Source of the DNA: a virus
Taxonomy: Duplodnaviria; Caudoviricetes
Reading direction: 5' to 3' (one strand)
Length of the DNA: 64,000 nucleotides
Virus record (IMG/VR): IMGVR_UViG_3300034073_003276
The notes under the pieces are model-generated. The model searched no databases. It was not told where the DNA came from and saw only the letters and a program-made list of their open reading frames with translations. Positions 47,241-57,943 of the stretch are shown piece after piece. How positions within the stretch are numbered: the first letter of the stretch is position 1; each line of letters opens with the position of its first letter. The position numbers and the translations under genes were made by a program.

Positions 47241-48634
47241 TAAAATACTCCAAATGGATTTGATTCTGAAAAATCTATAATATTGTCTGCTTCTGTTTCA
47301 ATTTGTACATTTTCACTATATTTATCATATTCATTCCAATTATTGTAATTACTAACTGCATATGTGGCACTAGATGCAGATCCAACAATAATTTCTCCAG
47401 GATAAAATCCTTTACTAGAAACATCATCTACATAAGATATCTTAAGAATGTTAGTGTCTTTATCCCATGATTTAACTCTTGCTTGTGTACCTGAAATAGA
47501 TCCAGTAACAATTTCATTAAATTTATAAGTACCTATACCAGTTAAAATTGAAGGTTGTGAAATTAATACTGTCGGTGCTTCCGTGTATCCAACACCAGGA
47601 TTAATAATTCGAATAGAATTAATAGAATTACCAGTTCCAACAATTGCTTTTGCAACTGCACTAGTTCCTACCCCAACATTTCCAACAATAGATACAGTTG
47701 GAATAGTTTTATAACCTTGTCCACTGTCTGTAACAGTAAAGGATGTAATTCCACTGTAAGTGGTTTCAATACTGCAAGTTGCAGACGCTCCTACACCCCC
47801 ACCTCCAGATATAGTTATTGTAGGTGCAACAGTGTAACCTGCTCCAGAATTGACAAGTTCTATTGCTAATACAGATTTTGCATCAGATTTTGTAGTTGTA
47901 ATTGCAACTGCCTGAGCACTGATACCTCCAGATGGTGCAGTTGAAATTGAAACTATTGGCGCGGATGTATATCCATAACCATCATTATTTAAATAAATTC
48001 TATCAATATATCCAGAATTTATACTGACTGTCGCGGTAGCTGTAGAACCTATAGAAATAAGATTTAATGTTGTAATATATCCTTCTTCTTGAACTTGCTC
48101 ATCAATTTCATCAATTGTGGTATCAATAACTTCATCTTCATATTCAAATAATTCACACTTGAGTTCATAAACATAAAGTTTCCCTAATTGATAAAATGGT
48201 TGCTCATGTTCAACAAACTTTACTTCAAATAGTCTTTGCCCTAAAGGAAAATATACAATATCACCTTCTCTTGGACGGGTAGACAACTCCAGCTCACCAT
48301 TTAGTTCAGATTCAAGCATAAATGGTGATATAAAATCTTCAAATCTTTCTTTTGAAATAATTAAACTTAATTCATCTTTTAAATTCATTCCAAATTTTGA
48401 AAGAATATCACCTTGACCAGAGTATCCATCATAATTATTTAAATATGCCTCAATTGAAAAGTTGTCATCAAATAGAGAAGATTGTATTTCTTTAATAATC
48501 GTTTGTTTTCTTACAAATTTTCTAGGAATATAGATAACTTCAACGCCATATATTTTTAATTGCTCATTAATTAATTGTTGAATGAGACTTTGTTCGTTAG
48601 GTGATCCTTGTAAGAAAAATGGATTAAGTGCCAT
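47240..48634 (-). CDS. gp14: Neck protein with inserted GxGYT repeat region
   Basis: MALNPFF, PREGDIVYFP, ELFEY. Confidence 0.9.
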   Translation of the reverse strand: MALNPFFLQGSPNEQSLIQQLINEQLKIYGVEVIYIPRKFVRKQTIIKEIQSSLFDDNFSIEAYLNNYDGYSGQGDILSKFGMNLKDELSLIISKERFEDFISPFMLESELNGELELSTRPREGDIVYFPLGQRLFEVKFVEHEQPFYQLGKLYVYELKCELFEYEDEVIDTTIDEIDEQVQEEGYITTLNLISIGSTATATVSINSGYIDRIYLNNDGYGYTSAPIVSISTAPSGGISAQAVAITTTKSDAKSVLAIELVNSGAGYTVAPTITISGGGGVGASATCSIETTYSGITSFTVTDSGQGYKTIPTVSIVGNVGVGTSAVAKAIVGTGNSINSIRIINPGVGYTEAPTVLISQPSILTGIGTYKFNEIVTGSISGTQARVKSWDKDTNILKISYVDDVSSKGFYPGEIIVGSASSATYAVSNYNNWNEYDKYSENVQIETEADNIIDFSESNPFGVF

Positions 48635-48638
48635 ATGA

Positions 48639-49481
48639 TCATCCTATAAAATCGTAAGGTGGAAGTTCATAATCCATAGACATTCTTTGTTTTATTTCTG
48701 CAATCTCCTTCTCAGCATCTTCATAAAGTTCTCTTCCATTTAATTCTATTCCACCGGGAAGTCTAACACCTCTAAATTTAATTAAATTCTGTCCCCATTG
48801 ACGCTTCATCAATGCCGTTAAATATTTCTTTAAAAAACTATCATTATAAACTTTTGTAAAATCATTTGGATCTAAAATTCTGTAGCAATCAATTACAATA
48901 AATGTATCCTTTGACTGTGCTCCCCAATCAATATCTAAGTATAATCTATTTTGTCTTTTATTAAATCTTATTTGTTTATCTGTTGTCAAAAGAAAATCAA
49001 TATCTTCAAGGTAAGTTTTTACCATAGCATATTGCAAAAGTTCAACAGAATTAAAATAGTATAAATCATTCAAAAATAATTGATATTTAATACTAAACAT
49101 TCCGCCAGATATAGAACTTGTATCAAATTTAAATATTTTTTCAATTCCAATAACACTATCAGGAACTTGTACGAAATTTGAATTTTCATAAAAGTTAAAT
49201 GATGTTGTACCTATTCCAGAAATTGTTGATGTGCCTGTTGTAGTTACAATTCCAACACCATTAGTTCCTTTTGCAGATCCTCTGCTTATATCTTCTTCAG
49301 TAATCTTATATTTTAAATACATTCGTTCGACACCATCAAAGTGTCTTTCTTGAAAATACTGTAGAGCATCATCTACCAAATCATCTATTTGTTCATCTGC
49401 TAAATTAATTTCTAATATAGGAGCACCTAATCTTCTTAAACAATAATCTATTAATTCTTGTCTTGTTGTCGGTTTTGCCAT
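48639..49481 (-). CDS. gp13: Neck protein
   Basis: LIDYCLRRLGAP, KRQWGQNLIKF, LPGG. Confidence 0.92.
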   Translation of the reverse strand: MAKPTTRQELIDYCLRRLGAPILEINLADEQIDDLVDDALQYFQERHFDGVERMYLKYKITEEDISRGSAKGTNGVGIVTTTGTSTISGIGTTSFNFYENSNFVQVPDSVIGIEKIFKFDTSSISGGMFSIKYQLFLNDLYYFNSVELLQYAMVKTYLEDIDFLLTTDKQIRFNKRQNRLYLDIDWGAQSKDTFIVIDCYRILDPNDFTKVYNDSFLKKYLTALMKRQWGQNLIKFRGVRLPGGIELNGRELYEDAEKEIAEIKQRMSMDYELPPYDFIG

Positions 49482-49930
49482 TAGTAAGATCCTCCATCTA
49501 TAACACTGGACCAGATTGGAACTCCAGAATCGTCTGTTGTAAGAACATAGTTACTTTCTGTTATCGCATAACTTGTTGTTCCTGTAGATGCTAATCGGTC
49601 ATTTGGATCAAAATATGCAATACCATATGGTTCACCTGGAGGATAATAGAAAGACTGCCCTACGGTAAGAATACCTGAAATATTTCCATTTCTTGCAGTA
49701 AATTCGTCAAAATTTAAGTCATCGCCAATATATAAATCACCATCAATGTAAACATCATTATTAAAAGTTGCAACTCCAACAAATGTTGATACGCCACTTA
49801 CATTTAATTGAGTTACTGAAGCAATTCCGCCAATTACATTTTCTGCTATTGCCGCAACAGTAGATCCAGAAATACTAGAGACAACTTTTACTGCATTTTG
49901 TTGTCCTACTCTAACTCTTATATCGGGCAT
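49481..49930 (-). CDS. Hypothetical structural protein
   Basis: Coupled ORF; SGVSTFVGVATF repeat typical of cyanophage fibres. Confidence 0.6.
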   Translation of the reverse strand: MPDIRVRVGQQNAVKVVSSISGSTVAAIAENVIGGIASVTQLNVSGVSTFVGVATFNNDVYIDGDLYIGDDLNFDEFTARNGNISGILTVGQSFYYPPGEPYGIAYFDPNDRLASTGTTSYAITESNYVLTTDDSGVPIWSSVIDGGSY

Positions 49931-50271
49931 TATCTAGTTACTCCTTCTCGCACTAATGCCATACCCTCGATAACTTTACTTTTTTGTCCTCCAGTATCTG
50001 TAATAACTACATCATATACATATCTTCCAGGTTTTAATAAAGACGTTTGCTCATTTGTGAGAGAAATATTTATTTTCCCTTCAAGAGGAATTTCTATGGC
50101 AGCATCAAAATTGATTGCCGTAGAACTTCCTGCCCATTTTCGCAATTGAGAAGAAACCGCATATAAGGACAAATCATAAAACGAATTGGTGGTAGGATCT
50201 TCCAATGTGAATGTTTGACTAAAATCTGACCCAGAATTAATGACTAAATTGTTTACATATACTGATGCCAT
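49930..50271 (-). CDS. BppU-N-like adaptor protein
   Basis: GSDFSQTF...ISLTNEQT...GRYVYDV...EG pattern; TATAAATA at 50295-50302. Confidence 0.6.
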   Translation of the reverse strand: MASVYVNNLVINSGSDFSQTFTLEDPTTNSFYDLSLYAVSSQLRKWAGSSTAINFDAAIEIPLEGKINISLTNEQTSLLKPGRYVYDVVITDTGGQKSKVIEGMALVREGVTR

Positions 50272-50302
50272 GTAATTAGTCTACCTCTACAATTTATTTA
50301 TA

Positions 50303-50470
50303 CTATAGATTCATAGTAGAAATTACTTCTTGTTGTTGCAAATATAGTTTACAATATAGTTTTGCAAAATTTTTTAGTTGCTCTTCATCCAATTCATCAA
50401 TTATTCGAGCATGTTTTTCATACTCAAATAGTTTATTTATTGAATTTAGAGTGATTTCACTTGGATCCAT
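50303..50470 (-). CDS. NblA-like phycobilisome degradation adaptor (55 aa), not in ORF track
   Basis: Hand-translated MDPSEITLNSINKLFEYEKHARIIDELDEEQLKNFAKLYCKLYLQQQEVISTMNL; spacing of L..F..L..Q.K.F..LY matches NblA from memory. Confidence 0.6.
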   Translation of the reverse strand: MDPSEITLNSINKLFEYEKHARIIDELDEEQLKNFAKLYCKLYLQQQEVISTMNL

Positions 50471-50660
50471 TTAAAAACTCCTTTAGTAAAGATTTAATCT
50501 CCTCAATATCCTTTTTCATTTCATCCAACTCTCTTTTTTGAGACTTTCTATTGTTAAGACTATTAACATACTGATTATAAGATGTATTGTCGCAATTGAC
50601 AATTGCCCCAGATTCTTCATCCCTATACAAGTTTGGGTGACCTTTTACTGGTATCATCAT
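50457..50660 (-). CDS. Conserved hypothetical protein (67 aa)
   Basis: VKGHPNLYRDEESGAIVN plus coiled-coil tail. Confidence 0.75.
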   Translation of the reverse strand: MMIPVKGHPNLYRDEESGAIVNCDNTSYNQYVNSLNNRKSQKRELDEMKKDIEEIKSLLKEFLNGSK

Positions 50661-53600
50661 CTGATTGCAATGCTCCTTAAATCTTTAAATCTTGGAGGAT
50701 ATGCTTGATTAGTTGAAGACATAACTATTTTAATTATATATCCAGTAAATTCGCCAAGATTATTAGCAGAAAACTCATATTCTAAGAATTCATTCTCCCT
50801 ACTACTTCTTACAAGAGTATCTGGCAGTCCACTATTATTTGCTGGATTTACTACATCCAGATATCCATCATTATTGTTATCTACGGTTAGATTATCATAT
50901 CCTGGGAATAATTCGAATGCTTGAGCAATTTCACTAGAATCAGGTCTAATTAGACTATAAAGAACTCTAAAGTCAGCAGAAGAATGTCTATAAGCAGATA
51001 GTATAACTTTTAGGGAAGTTGCAGACTGTGATAGTCTAACTGTATTGGAAACATAAACAGAAGAATGTGGGTCTTCGATGAATGAATTAACTCTATTGTC
51101 TGTAGAGTAATTTGATATAGGTGAATTAATTCTATTACTATGGAAATCTGTAAAAGAGTTATCTAAGAATATTTGTGGTGAAAGGTACTTATTAGTTGTT
51201 TGTAAAGTAATTGCTGTAGTGAAAGATTTATTTCTGGGAAGTGCAGTTAAGTATGTATCCTCATTGACTTTCGAGCAAACAATTCTTGTCGAAGACAATT
51301 GATTTAAAGAATTAAGTTGTATATCCTCATAACCTAAGTCATTGAATGATACCTCACTTCCAGAAATACTTGTTCCACTTACACTTCTAATCTTTGCAGA
51401 TACAGAAGTTGCATCAGTTGGAGATATAATTCTGTAAAATGGAATAATGGAGTCATACTGAATATTTTCTGTAGCAAACACATTATTTCCACCAGAATTT
51501 AATTCAGTTTCAAATGAGAGTTGAGGATATCCTGTAGGAGTGTTATCTGCGCTCCTATCTTCACCATTAGAAGTCCTATCAATTTCAATATAGTAACTAT
51601 CAATATCTAAACCAACATCACTAATGTCATGAGTTGTATTAATTCTTCTTAAAGAGACTCCATTAAATTCATACTTATAGACTTGTGCATTAGTGTCGTG
51701 AGGAACTGCAATTGTTGATGATTGTGCTCTTGTTATTGTTTCTAATGTACCAGTTCCAACATCTTCATACTTAATAATCTCATTTTCAATAATTACATAT
51801 CCAGGATTACCTCCACCAACTCCTTTACCCTCAAAGGTCCCAAAGTTTTCAGTACTTGCAACAGAAATAGATGTAGAAGATGCTGTTATAGGCTGGGATA
51901 ATGTAGTTGGGACAACATTTGGTAAAACACCAGATATTGAAACTTTATTATTCTCCGCATACATTCCATGATTAAAGTGATTTACCTTAAGGAAGTTTCC
52001 AGCATATAAAGATCCTGTAGGAGTTGAACTTCTAATATAGGTGGAACCCATAGTCACTGAATTATTAGAATCATCATAATAGACTAAGTTTGCAGTTCCA
52101 TCTATAGTGAAAGAGTTACCCTGGACATTACTCAGATATAAAGTATCAATTCCGTCATTATTTCCAGTGATTGTTATCGTTGCATTTCTTCCACTATTAC
52201 TTGAAACTGAGGAAGTTACAATACCAACAACGTCTCCAATTGCATATCCTGTGCCAGGATTTACTACAGTAGCAACACCAATCACACCACCTGAAGCAGT
52301 AATATCTAAAGTAAGACCAGATCCGTTGCCAATAATATTGAATGTAGATACATCAGAATCGGTAACATAATTAGATCCACCAGTGGTTACCCCAACAGAA
52401 GACACTGAGCATCCTGTGCCAACAATATATCCATAATTATAAGTCTTCACACTTTCACTTACTTTTCTTCCAGTGGTTAAAATTCCAATAGCGTTTGCAT
52501 CGGTAGTTGTTGTAATACCGACACTTAGCAATCTAGGAAGTGCTGTTAATGGATTACTTTGAAGATTTTTAATATAACCATTACTCTCATCTAACGTTGG
52601 ATTATAGAAGTATGCTGTAGAAGGAGTATTTGTTACAAAGTTTGCACGATATAGTGTAAACTTCATATCTTGATATTGATTTGCTGTCCATATAGATCCA
52701 TTTTGGGATTTAAATAGACTGCCTAGAGCAAATTGTTGACTGTAGACAACAGCATTAGCATCAGGTAGATTTGCAGACTGAATAGTCTTTTTGCCCATTT
52801 CTGCAATGAAAACCTCATACTCTACGCTTTCTGGAGCAAGGAGGACAATTGCATATTCTAGTCCAGGAGCAAGATAAATTGGATAATCAAATGTAACTTT
52901 AGTTACTGCAGATGCATCATCTGAAATATTAATTTGATTTGGTCGTAATGTAACTGGATTTCCAATAACTGTTCTTGTTGGAGTACCAAGTTCTACAGTT
53001 CTTACTTGAACTGTTAGAGGATTATTATTAGTGTCCTTTTTATAGAAGAATAAATCTACACTTGTTAAATAAGCACCATTCTCCTCGTCATTTGCAGTTT
53101 CACTTCCACCAACACTAAACGACTGTGCTAAAGGATCATAAAATTCAGTCGTAACATTTGCTATAGTTGTAGTTGTTGTCCTAGTTGTAGTTACTGTAGT
53201 AGTATTTGTAATGGTGGTTTCATATAACTCTAAAGTTCCTTCAGAAACATAGTTTGATGTAGCACTAGAAATGGAAGTGCTTCCAGGTGCTGCAGTTTCG
53301 TTTGTAGGACTTGATGTGACTTTATAAGTTTTATTTCCCGTATTAATTCTAACGTCAGGTGCAGGTGAAGTATTTGGATTTCTGATAAAGAAAGATCCTA
53401 TTAAATCGCCAAAGTTATCAGATACTAGTCTGAGATCTTTTACATATGCTATGGCACCACTTGTTTGTCCAACAAGTTTTGCACCTTTAACTAAATATCC
53501 AGAATATAAACCCTGTGCTTCTTCTGATAATGAATAAGTATCTACATTCAATACTTTTGAAGAAGCACTATATGCGGTTGGTAGAGACTCTGTTTTAATA

Positions 53601-56600
53601 TAAGGATTTATATTAAAAGATGTAGTTGGAGAATCATATGTTCCAAACTTATGATCAGGTCTTGCAACCCTAAAGGAAATAACCTTATTATTGTTTGAGT
53701 CATAACCAAAGACAGTTTCTCCAACTGTGAATGCAGATGATGCTCCAGGATTTTGTAAGGAAGAACTATCCGATATTTCAATAAGTTTCGGAATAAAATC
53801 TACAGATCCATTTCCATCTAGGAATTGATAATATCTTGTAGATGGTTTTAGGTTGGAAATAGAAAACTCAGTATTTCTAGATCTCATATATTCTTCAGGT
53901 CTAGATTCTACTAATCTAGTGACACTTGAAGATGATGTAGTCACATTTGAAGATGCAGTAACACTTTGAGACGCTTCAATAGTTCTTTCAATTTGACCTC
54001 TTCTATCCCAATTTGCTACTCTTATATTTCTAGATCCAACTTCAACTCTAGATCTTTCGACTAAAACATAATCAGTAACAGAAACTGTTTTATTTGGTAA
54101 TTGTACAGTTCTAACCCAGTTATCTCTTTCTGGAGATAATTTTATTGTTCCACTATAAGATACTACATGGAATGGGTTTACATTTTCAACCTGAGTTGCT
54201 AATGGTTGTGATATCCACTTTTCAGAACTATATTTGAGTGAAACTGTTGGACCAGTTTTTTGAGTGTTTGAATCTAAGAGACTATAATTTGTTGATAGAT
54301 CTACAGATTCATTTGTTATATTTTGTGCAGGTGCAAGATAATTTTTTAAACTATTTCTAGATATAATTGGTCCCATCTCTTGCGAATCAGAATCAATTTC
54401 AATTGATGAGAATAAATTGTTTATTCTTGAAGAATCTTTAAAGTCATCTACAAAAAATCCAGTCTTAAATCTATTAAATCCTTCAGAATCTTGTATTTGG
54501 AGTGTTTGTGTACTTAATTCTAACAGAGATAGTGAAGTAACCCTTTCAAGATTTTTTACTCTATTCTCAATTAATCCAATATCTCTCATAGTATATCTTC
54601 TATTATCAACGAGAGATAATATGGCATTCTTAACATTATAAAGATATGGTGGTAAAGTAACAGTTCCCAATTCCATCAAATCATCAGTCTTTAACGGAGA
54701 CTTTGGATTTATAGATGATAATCCTTCCAGGTAAATAAACTCACCATTTTTATTCAAATAAATTTTATCAACTCTTCCAAGATAATAGTCATAACCAACA
54801 ATAGTGCTTTCATTTGGTGTCAAGTTTAACTTGATAGAAGAACTAAAGTCTCTATTAGAAAAATCAAAGGGTGAAGAAGTATTTGAGCTAAAAACAGATA
54901 CTCTTGGTCTAAAATCTAAAGTATCTGTTGCTCTAATATCATTGTTTCCAATTGAAGGAACATCTGTTGCAAACTGCTCTTTATTATAACTTGCTACAGT
55001 AAATACATCACCGTTGTCGGTTGAGGGTATTGTATAATGGTCAAATACAACTAATAATCTCTTTGAAGGTTCAGTTTCTCCTTCGTTACGAACAAGTCTT
55101 GAATAGTCATAATATTGTTCTTTTTGACCCTTATCTAAAGTAAATCTATTAGTAATATCATTATAATTTCCTGGCGTTAGAAAATCAATTTCACCAACAA
55201 TATTTGATTCCTGGAAAGTTACAGATTCATTATTATTAAAGCGATTTGAGTTTAGGTAGATAATCCCAACACTATTAGTAGATCTGGATACTACTCTAGC
55301 GATACATCCACTTTCTGATCCTAAAATATTTTCGCCTACAATTACATTATCTCCAATATTTAAAACCGTGCTGAATGATAAAGTGTCTACAGATGGATTT
55401 GATGTATCTAAAGACTCATAAACTGCTAAGACTTTTGATACATCTGGGTAGTTAATAGAAATCTCTTCATCCTGCACTCTAAGTCCATAGTATTGATTGT
55501 ATTCCAATCCATCATTGATTGAAGTACTAACTCCCGTACCAGACTCTGGATACTTAGAATATACTACATTTATAGACTTACTACGATTAAACTGCTTTTG
55601 CTTACTTTGCACTCCATTCTTAATGAAAGTAGCATTGATTGATGAAGTTATTTTTCCATTAGTAAGGTTTGATATTACTACTTGATTACTAGATAAAGAA
55701 AATTGATCTGATGTTAAAGATTGAGTAGTGCCATCATCATAATGAACAGAATAACGCTCCTCGTCAAAAGGTGCAAATAACGCAGTCGATAATCCAGAAG
55801 GTAATGAAAAATCCGAAACTGTTAAGGTTATTTGATTAGAAGAAACTGTTTTTGCGCTTGTAGATTGTGCGCTAAAAGTTAAGATAGAATCGTTTAAATC
55901 TACCTGCGATACATTTGTGTTTGGCAGTTCTGCATATAAGTATCCTTTATCAGAATTTCTAATCTTAGGTATTCCTAAACTAAATGATAAATTTGTCGCA
56001 ACTCCTACTCCACCATCACAAACACCCGTAACTGTAGCAATTCCTGCAACAACCATAGATGTTCCAGTAGAATTTACACTGGAGACAACATTAAAAGTTT
56101 CAGTTGTTTTATCTGGTGCCTGGAATCTTACTATAGAACCAGGTTTGATAGTGTTAAAAAACTTTCCTGGAGAAGTTACTACACCACCTGCAGTGATATT
56201 GATAGTATCTGAAGCATTAAAACCGATAGGAAGTTGTCTATCTAATACAGAGTCTCCAATAAATGATGTGGTAAATCCAGAAACAGATATTGGTTGGTAA
56301 ATTTGCTTAATATCTGTAGTATCATATACAGTTATTTCAAAAATTGATCTTGGATATAACTCCAATCCATTAATAACTAATTGCTCACCTCTTACAAAAG
56401 TACCAGATGTTTGCCTTAACTTAATTGTTGTAGTTCCATCACCAGCAATAGCAGCATATCCAGATGCTCCACTACTTTTACCTTTTACATAAGATGATAC
56501 TGGCAATTGTGTTGAAGAAAGACCTTGATTCAATACTAAGGTAGTATATGTTTGTACATCATAAAGATACAAATCCCAATTAGTAGATGCTCCGGAATAC

Positions 56601-57940
56601 GCAGCATCAGTTAATCTAAAATTATAAACTTTAGCGTCTCCAATTCGTGTACTTGAATCTGGATCTCCCGAATCACTTCTTCTAACAGAGTGAATTTCTA
56701 CGGATTCATTTTGCTTTGGAGATCCTGTGATATTATTAATCCTCAGTAAATTTCCCATTTCAAAGGGAATATTTACACTCTCTACATTCTGGGTTTCTCT
56801 TGGTTTGTTTACATCAAGGATAGTAGTAGTAACTTTTTCTATATCATATCCTTTAACATATGCTTTTCCTGGAGATAACTTTACACACATTAAGTCATCT
56901 GATGGATTATTTCCAGATTCTGTTTTCTGGCTATCAAAAAATAATCCATTATTACCAAGTCTATCATTAAGAGAATTGTGTAAAGAAATTTTAAAAGGTT
57001 CTACTGAATAATTTCCAGACTCATCAAAAGTTCTTTGCGCCAGATAATCTCTTATTACTGAGTATTGTGTCTTAGTATTAACCTTTTTAATCTCACCATT
57101 TTCAATTCTAAGAATTTCAATAAAATCAGTGTCTGTATCAACACTATCTAAAGTCTTTTTAGTTAAAGATAGATTTATTTTAAATCTATCTGCTCCTGGT
57201 GCTGCAAAATTTGTAAATCCTTTTGCATTATCATATAAAGAAGAATCTTCTTTAGATGTTACAATTTCTTCTGATACTTTTAATCCTACTCTATATGAAG
57301 GAGTATTAGAATAATAATCAAGAATAATAGTTTGCTTGGTTACATTTGCAAAAGTGCCTCTTACAAAATAAATTCCATCATCAATCGAAGCTGCAGATCC
57401 TGTAGAAGTAGCATCAGTAGATATTAAAGATGCAAAAGGAGTTCCAGATGTAATTGTAGTGTTACCATAAACTACACTTTCATTAGAAACTAATGATTCT
57501 CCATCTTGAAATGGAGTAAAATTAAAATCGTTATCAGAATCTATGTATTTTACATATAAAGTAACATAGTCTAATCCATTAGATGAATTTGGAATTTCAA
57601 CTTTTTGTACTGATGCAGTAACACCAGAAATTTGACCTTCTATTAACTTTCCAACATACTGATTAATATACGCTGATATGTTAACGCCAAAAGATGTTGA
57701 ATTTAGCTTAACTGAATAAAAGTTAGAATCATAAGTAGTATTTCCTGGAATTACTACAGACCCTTCTTTAAATATGTGACTTCCAAAAGATTCAATTTGA
57801 TTTTGTAATATTGATTGAATATTATTTAATTCTCTTGCCTGTACTGGTCTTCCTGGAGTGAAAAGAACTTTGTAAAAATCCTTTTGAGCATCAAAGTCAT
57901 CAAAATAAGGACTTACATTTAGGTTTGTCTTTTGTGCCAT
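50657..57940 (-). CDS. Very large baseplate/fibre structural protein (VrlC/DUF4815-like)
   Basis: MAQKTNLNVSPYFDDFD...GRPVQARELN; follows gp8. Confidence 0.8.
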   Translation of the reverse strand: MAQKTNLNVSPYFDDFDAQKDFYKVLFTPGRPVQARELNNIQSILQNQIESFGSHIFKEGSVVIPGNTTYDSNFYSVKLNSTSFGVNISAYINQYVGKLIEGQISGVTASVQKVEIPNSSNGLDYVTLYVKYIDSDNDFNFTPFQDGESLVSNESVVYGNTTITSGTPFASLISTDATSTGSAASIDDGIYFVRGTFANVTKQTIILDYYSNTPSYRVGLKVSEEIVTSKEDSSLYDNAKGFTNFAAPGADRFKINLSLTKKTLDSVDTDTDFIEILRIENGEIKKVNTKTQYSVIRDYLAQRTFDESGNYSVEPFKISLHNSLNDRLGNNGLFFDSQKTESGNNPSDDLMCVKLSPGKAYVKGYDIEKVTTTILDVNKPRETQNVESVNIPFEMGNLLRINNITGSPKQNESVEIHSVRRSDSGDPDSSTRIGDAKVYNFRLTDAAYSGASTNWDLYLYDVQTYTTLVLNQGLSSTQLPVSSYVKGKSSGASGYAAIAGDGTTTIKLRQTSGTFVRGEQLVINGLELYPRSIFEITVYDTTDIKQIYQPISVSGFTTSFIGDSVLDRQLPIGFNASDTINITAGGVVTSPGKFFNTIKPGSIVRFQAPDKTTETFNVVSSVNSTGTSMVVAGIATVTGVCDGGVGVATNLSFSLGIPKIRNSDKGYLYAELPNTNVSQVDLNDSILTFSAQSTSAKTVSSNQITLTVSDFSLPSGLSTALFAPFDEERYSVHYDDGTTQSLTSDQFSLSSNQVVISNLTNGKITSSINATFIKNGVQSKQKQFNRSKSINVVYSKYPESGTGVSTSINDGLEYNQYYGLRVQDEEISINYPDVSKVLAVYESLDTSNPSVDTLSFSTVLNIGDNVIVGENILGSESGCIARVVSRSTNSVGIIYLNSNRFNNNESVTFQESNIVGEIDFLTPGNYNDITNRFTLDKGQKEQYYDYSRLVRNEGETEPSKRLLVVFDHYTIPSTDNGDVFTVASYNKEQFATDVPSIGNNDIRATDTLDFRPRVSVFSSNTSSPFDFSNRDFSSSIKLNLTPNESTIVGYDYYLGRVDKIYLNKNGEFIYLEGLSSINPKSPLKTDDLMELGTVTLPPYLYNVKNAILSLVDNRRYTMRDIGLIENRVKNLERVTSLSLLELSTQTLQIQDSEGFNRFKTGFFVDDFKDSSRINNLFSSIEIDSDSQEMGPIISRNSLKNYLAPAQNITNESVDLSTNYSLLDSNTQKTGPTVSLKYSSEKWISQPLATQVENVNPFHVVSYSGTIKLSPERDNWVRTVQLPNKTVSVTDYVLVERSRVEVGSRNIRVANWDRRGQIERTIEASQSVTASSNVTTSSSSVTRLVESRPEEYMRSRNTEFSISNLKPSTRYYQFLDGNGSVDFIPKLIEISDSSSLQNPGASSAFTVGETVFGYDSNNNKVISFRVARPDHKFGTYDSPTTSFNINPYIKTESLPTAYSASSKVLNVDTYSLSEEAQGLYSGYLVKGAKLVGQTSGAIAYVKDLRLVSDNFGDLIGSFFIRNPNTSPAPDVRINTGNKTYKVTSSPTNETAAPGSTSISSATSNYVSEGTLELYETTITNTTTVTTTRTTTTTIANVTTEFYDPLAQSFSVGGSETANDEENGAYLTSVDLFFYKKDTNNNPLTVQVRTVELGTPTRTVIGNPVTLRPNQINISDDASAVTKVTFDYPIYLAPGLEYAIVLLAPESVEYEVFIAEMGKKTIQSANLPDANAVVYSQQFALGSLFKSQNGSIWTANQYQDMKFTLYRANFVTNTPSTAYFYNPTLDESNGYIKNLQSNPLTALPRLLSVGITTTTDANAIGILTTGRKVSESVKTYNYGYIVGTGCSVSSVGVTTGGSNYVTDSDVSTFNIIGNGSGLTLDITASGGVIGVATVVNPGTGYAIGDVVGIVTSSVSSNSGRNATITITGNNDGIDTLYLSNVQGNSFTIDGTANLVYYDDSNNSVTMGSTYIRSSTPTGSLYAGNFLKVNHFNHGMYAENNKVSISGVLPNVVPTTLSQPITASSTSISVASTENFGTFEGKGVGGGNPGYVIIENEIIKYEDVGTGTLETITRAQSSTIAVPHDTNAQVYKYEFNGVSLRRINTTHDISDVGLDIDSYYIEIDRTSNGEDRSADNTPTGYPQLSFETELNSGGNNVFATENIQYDSIIPFYRIISPTDATSVSAKIRSVSGTSISGSEVSFNDLGYEDIQLNSLNQLSSTRIVCSKVNEDTYLTALPRNKSFTTAITLQTTNKYLSPQIFLDNSFTDFHSNRINSPISNYSTDNRVNSFIEDPHSSVYVSNTVRLSQSATSLKVILSAYRHSSADFRVLYSLIRPDSSEIAQAFELFPGYDNLTVDNNNDGYLDVVNPANNSGLPDTLVRSSRENEFLEYEFSANNLGEFTGYIIKIVMSSTNQAYPPRFKDLRSIAIR

Positions 57941-57943
57941 TTC

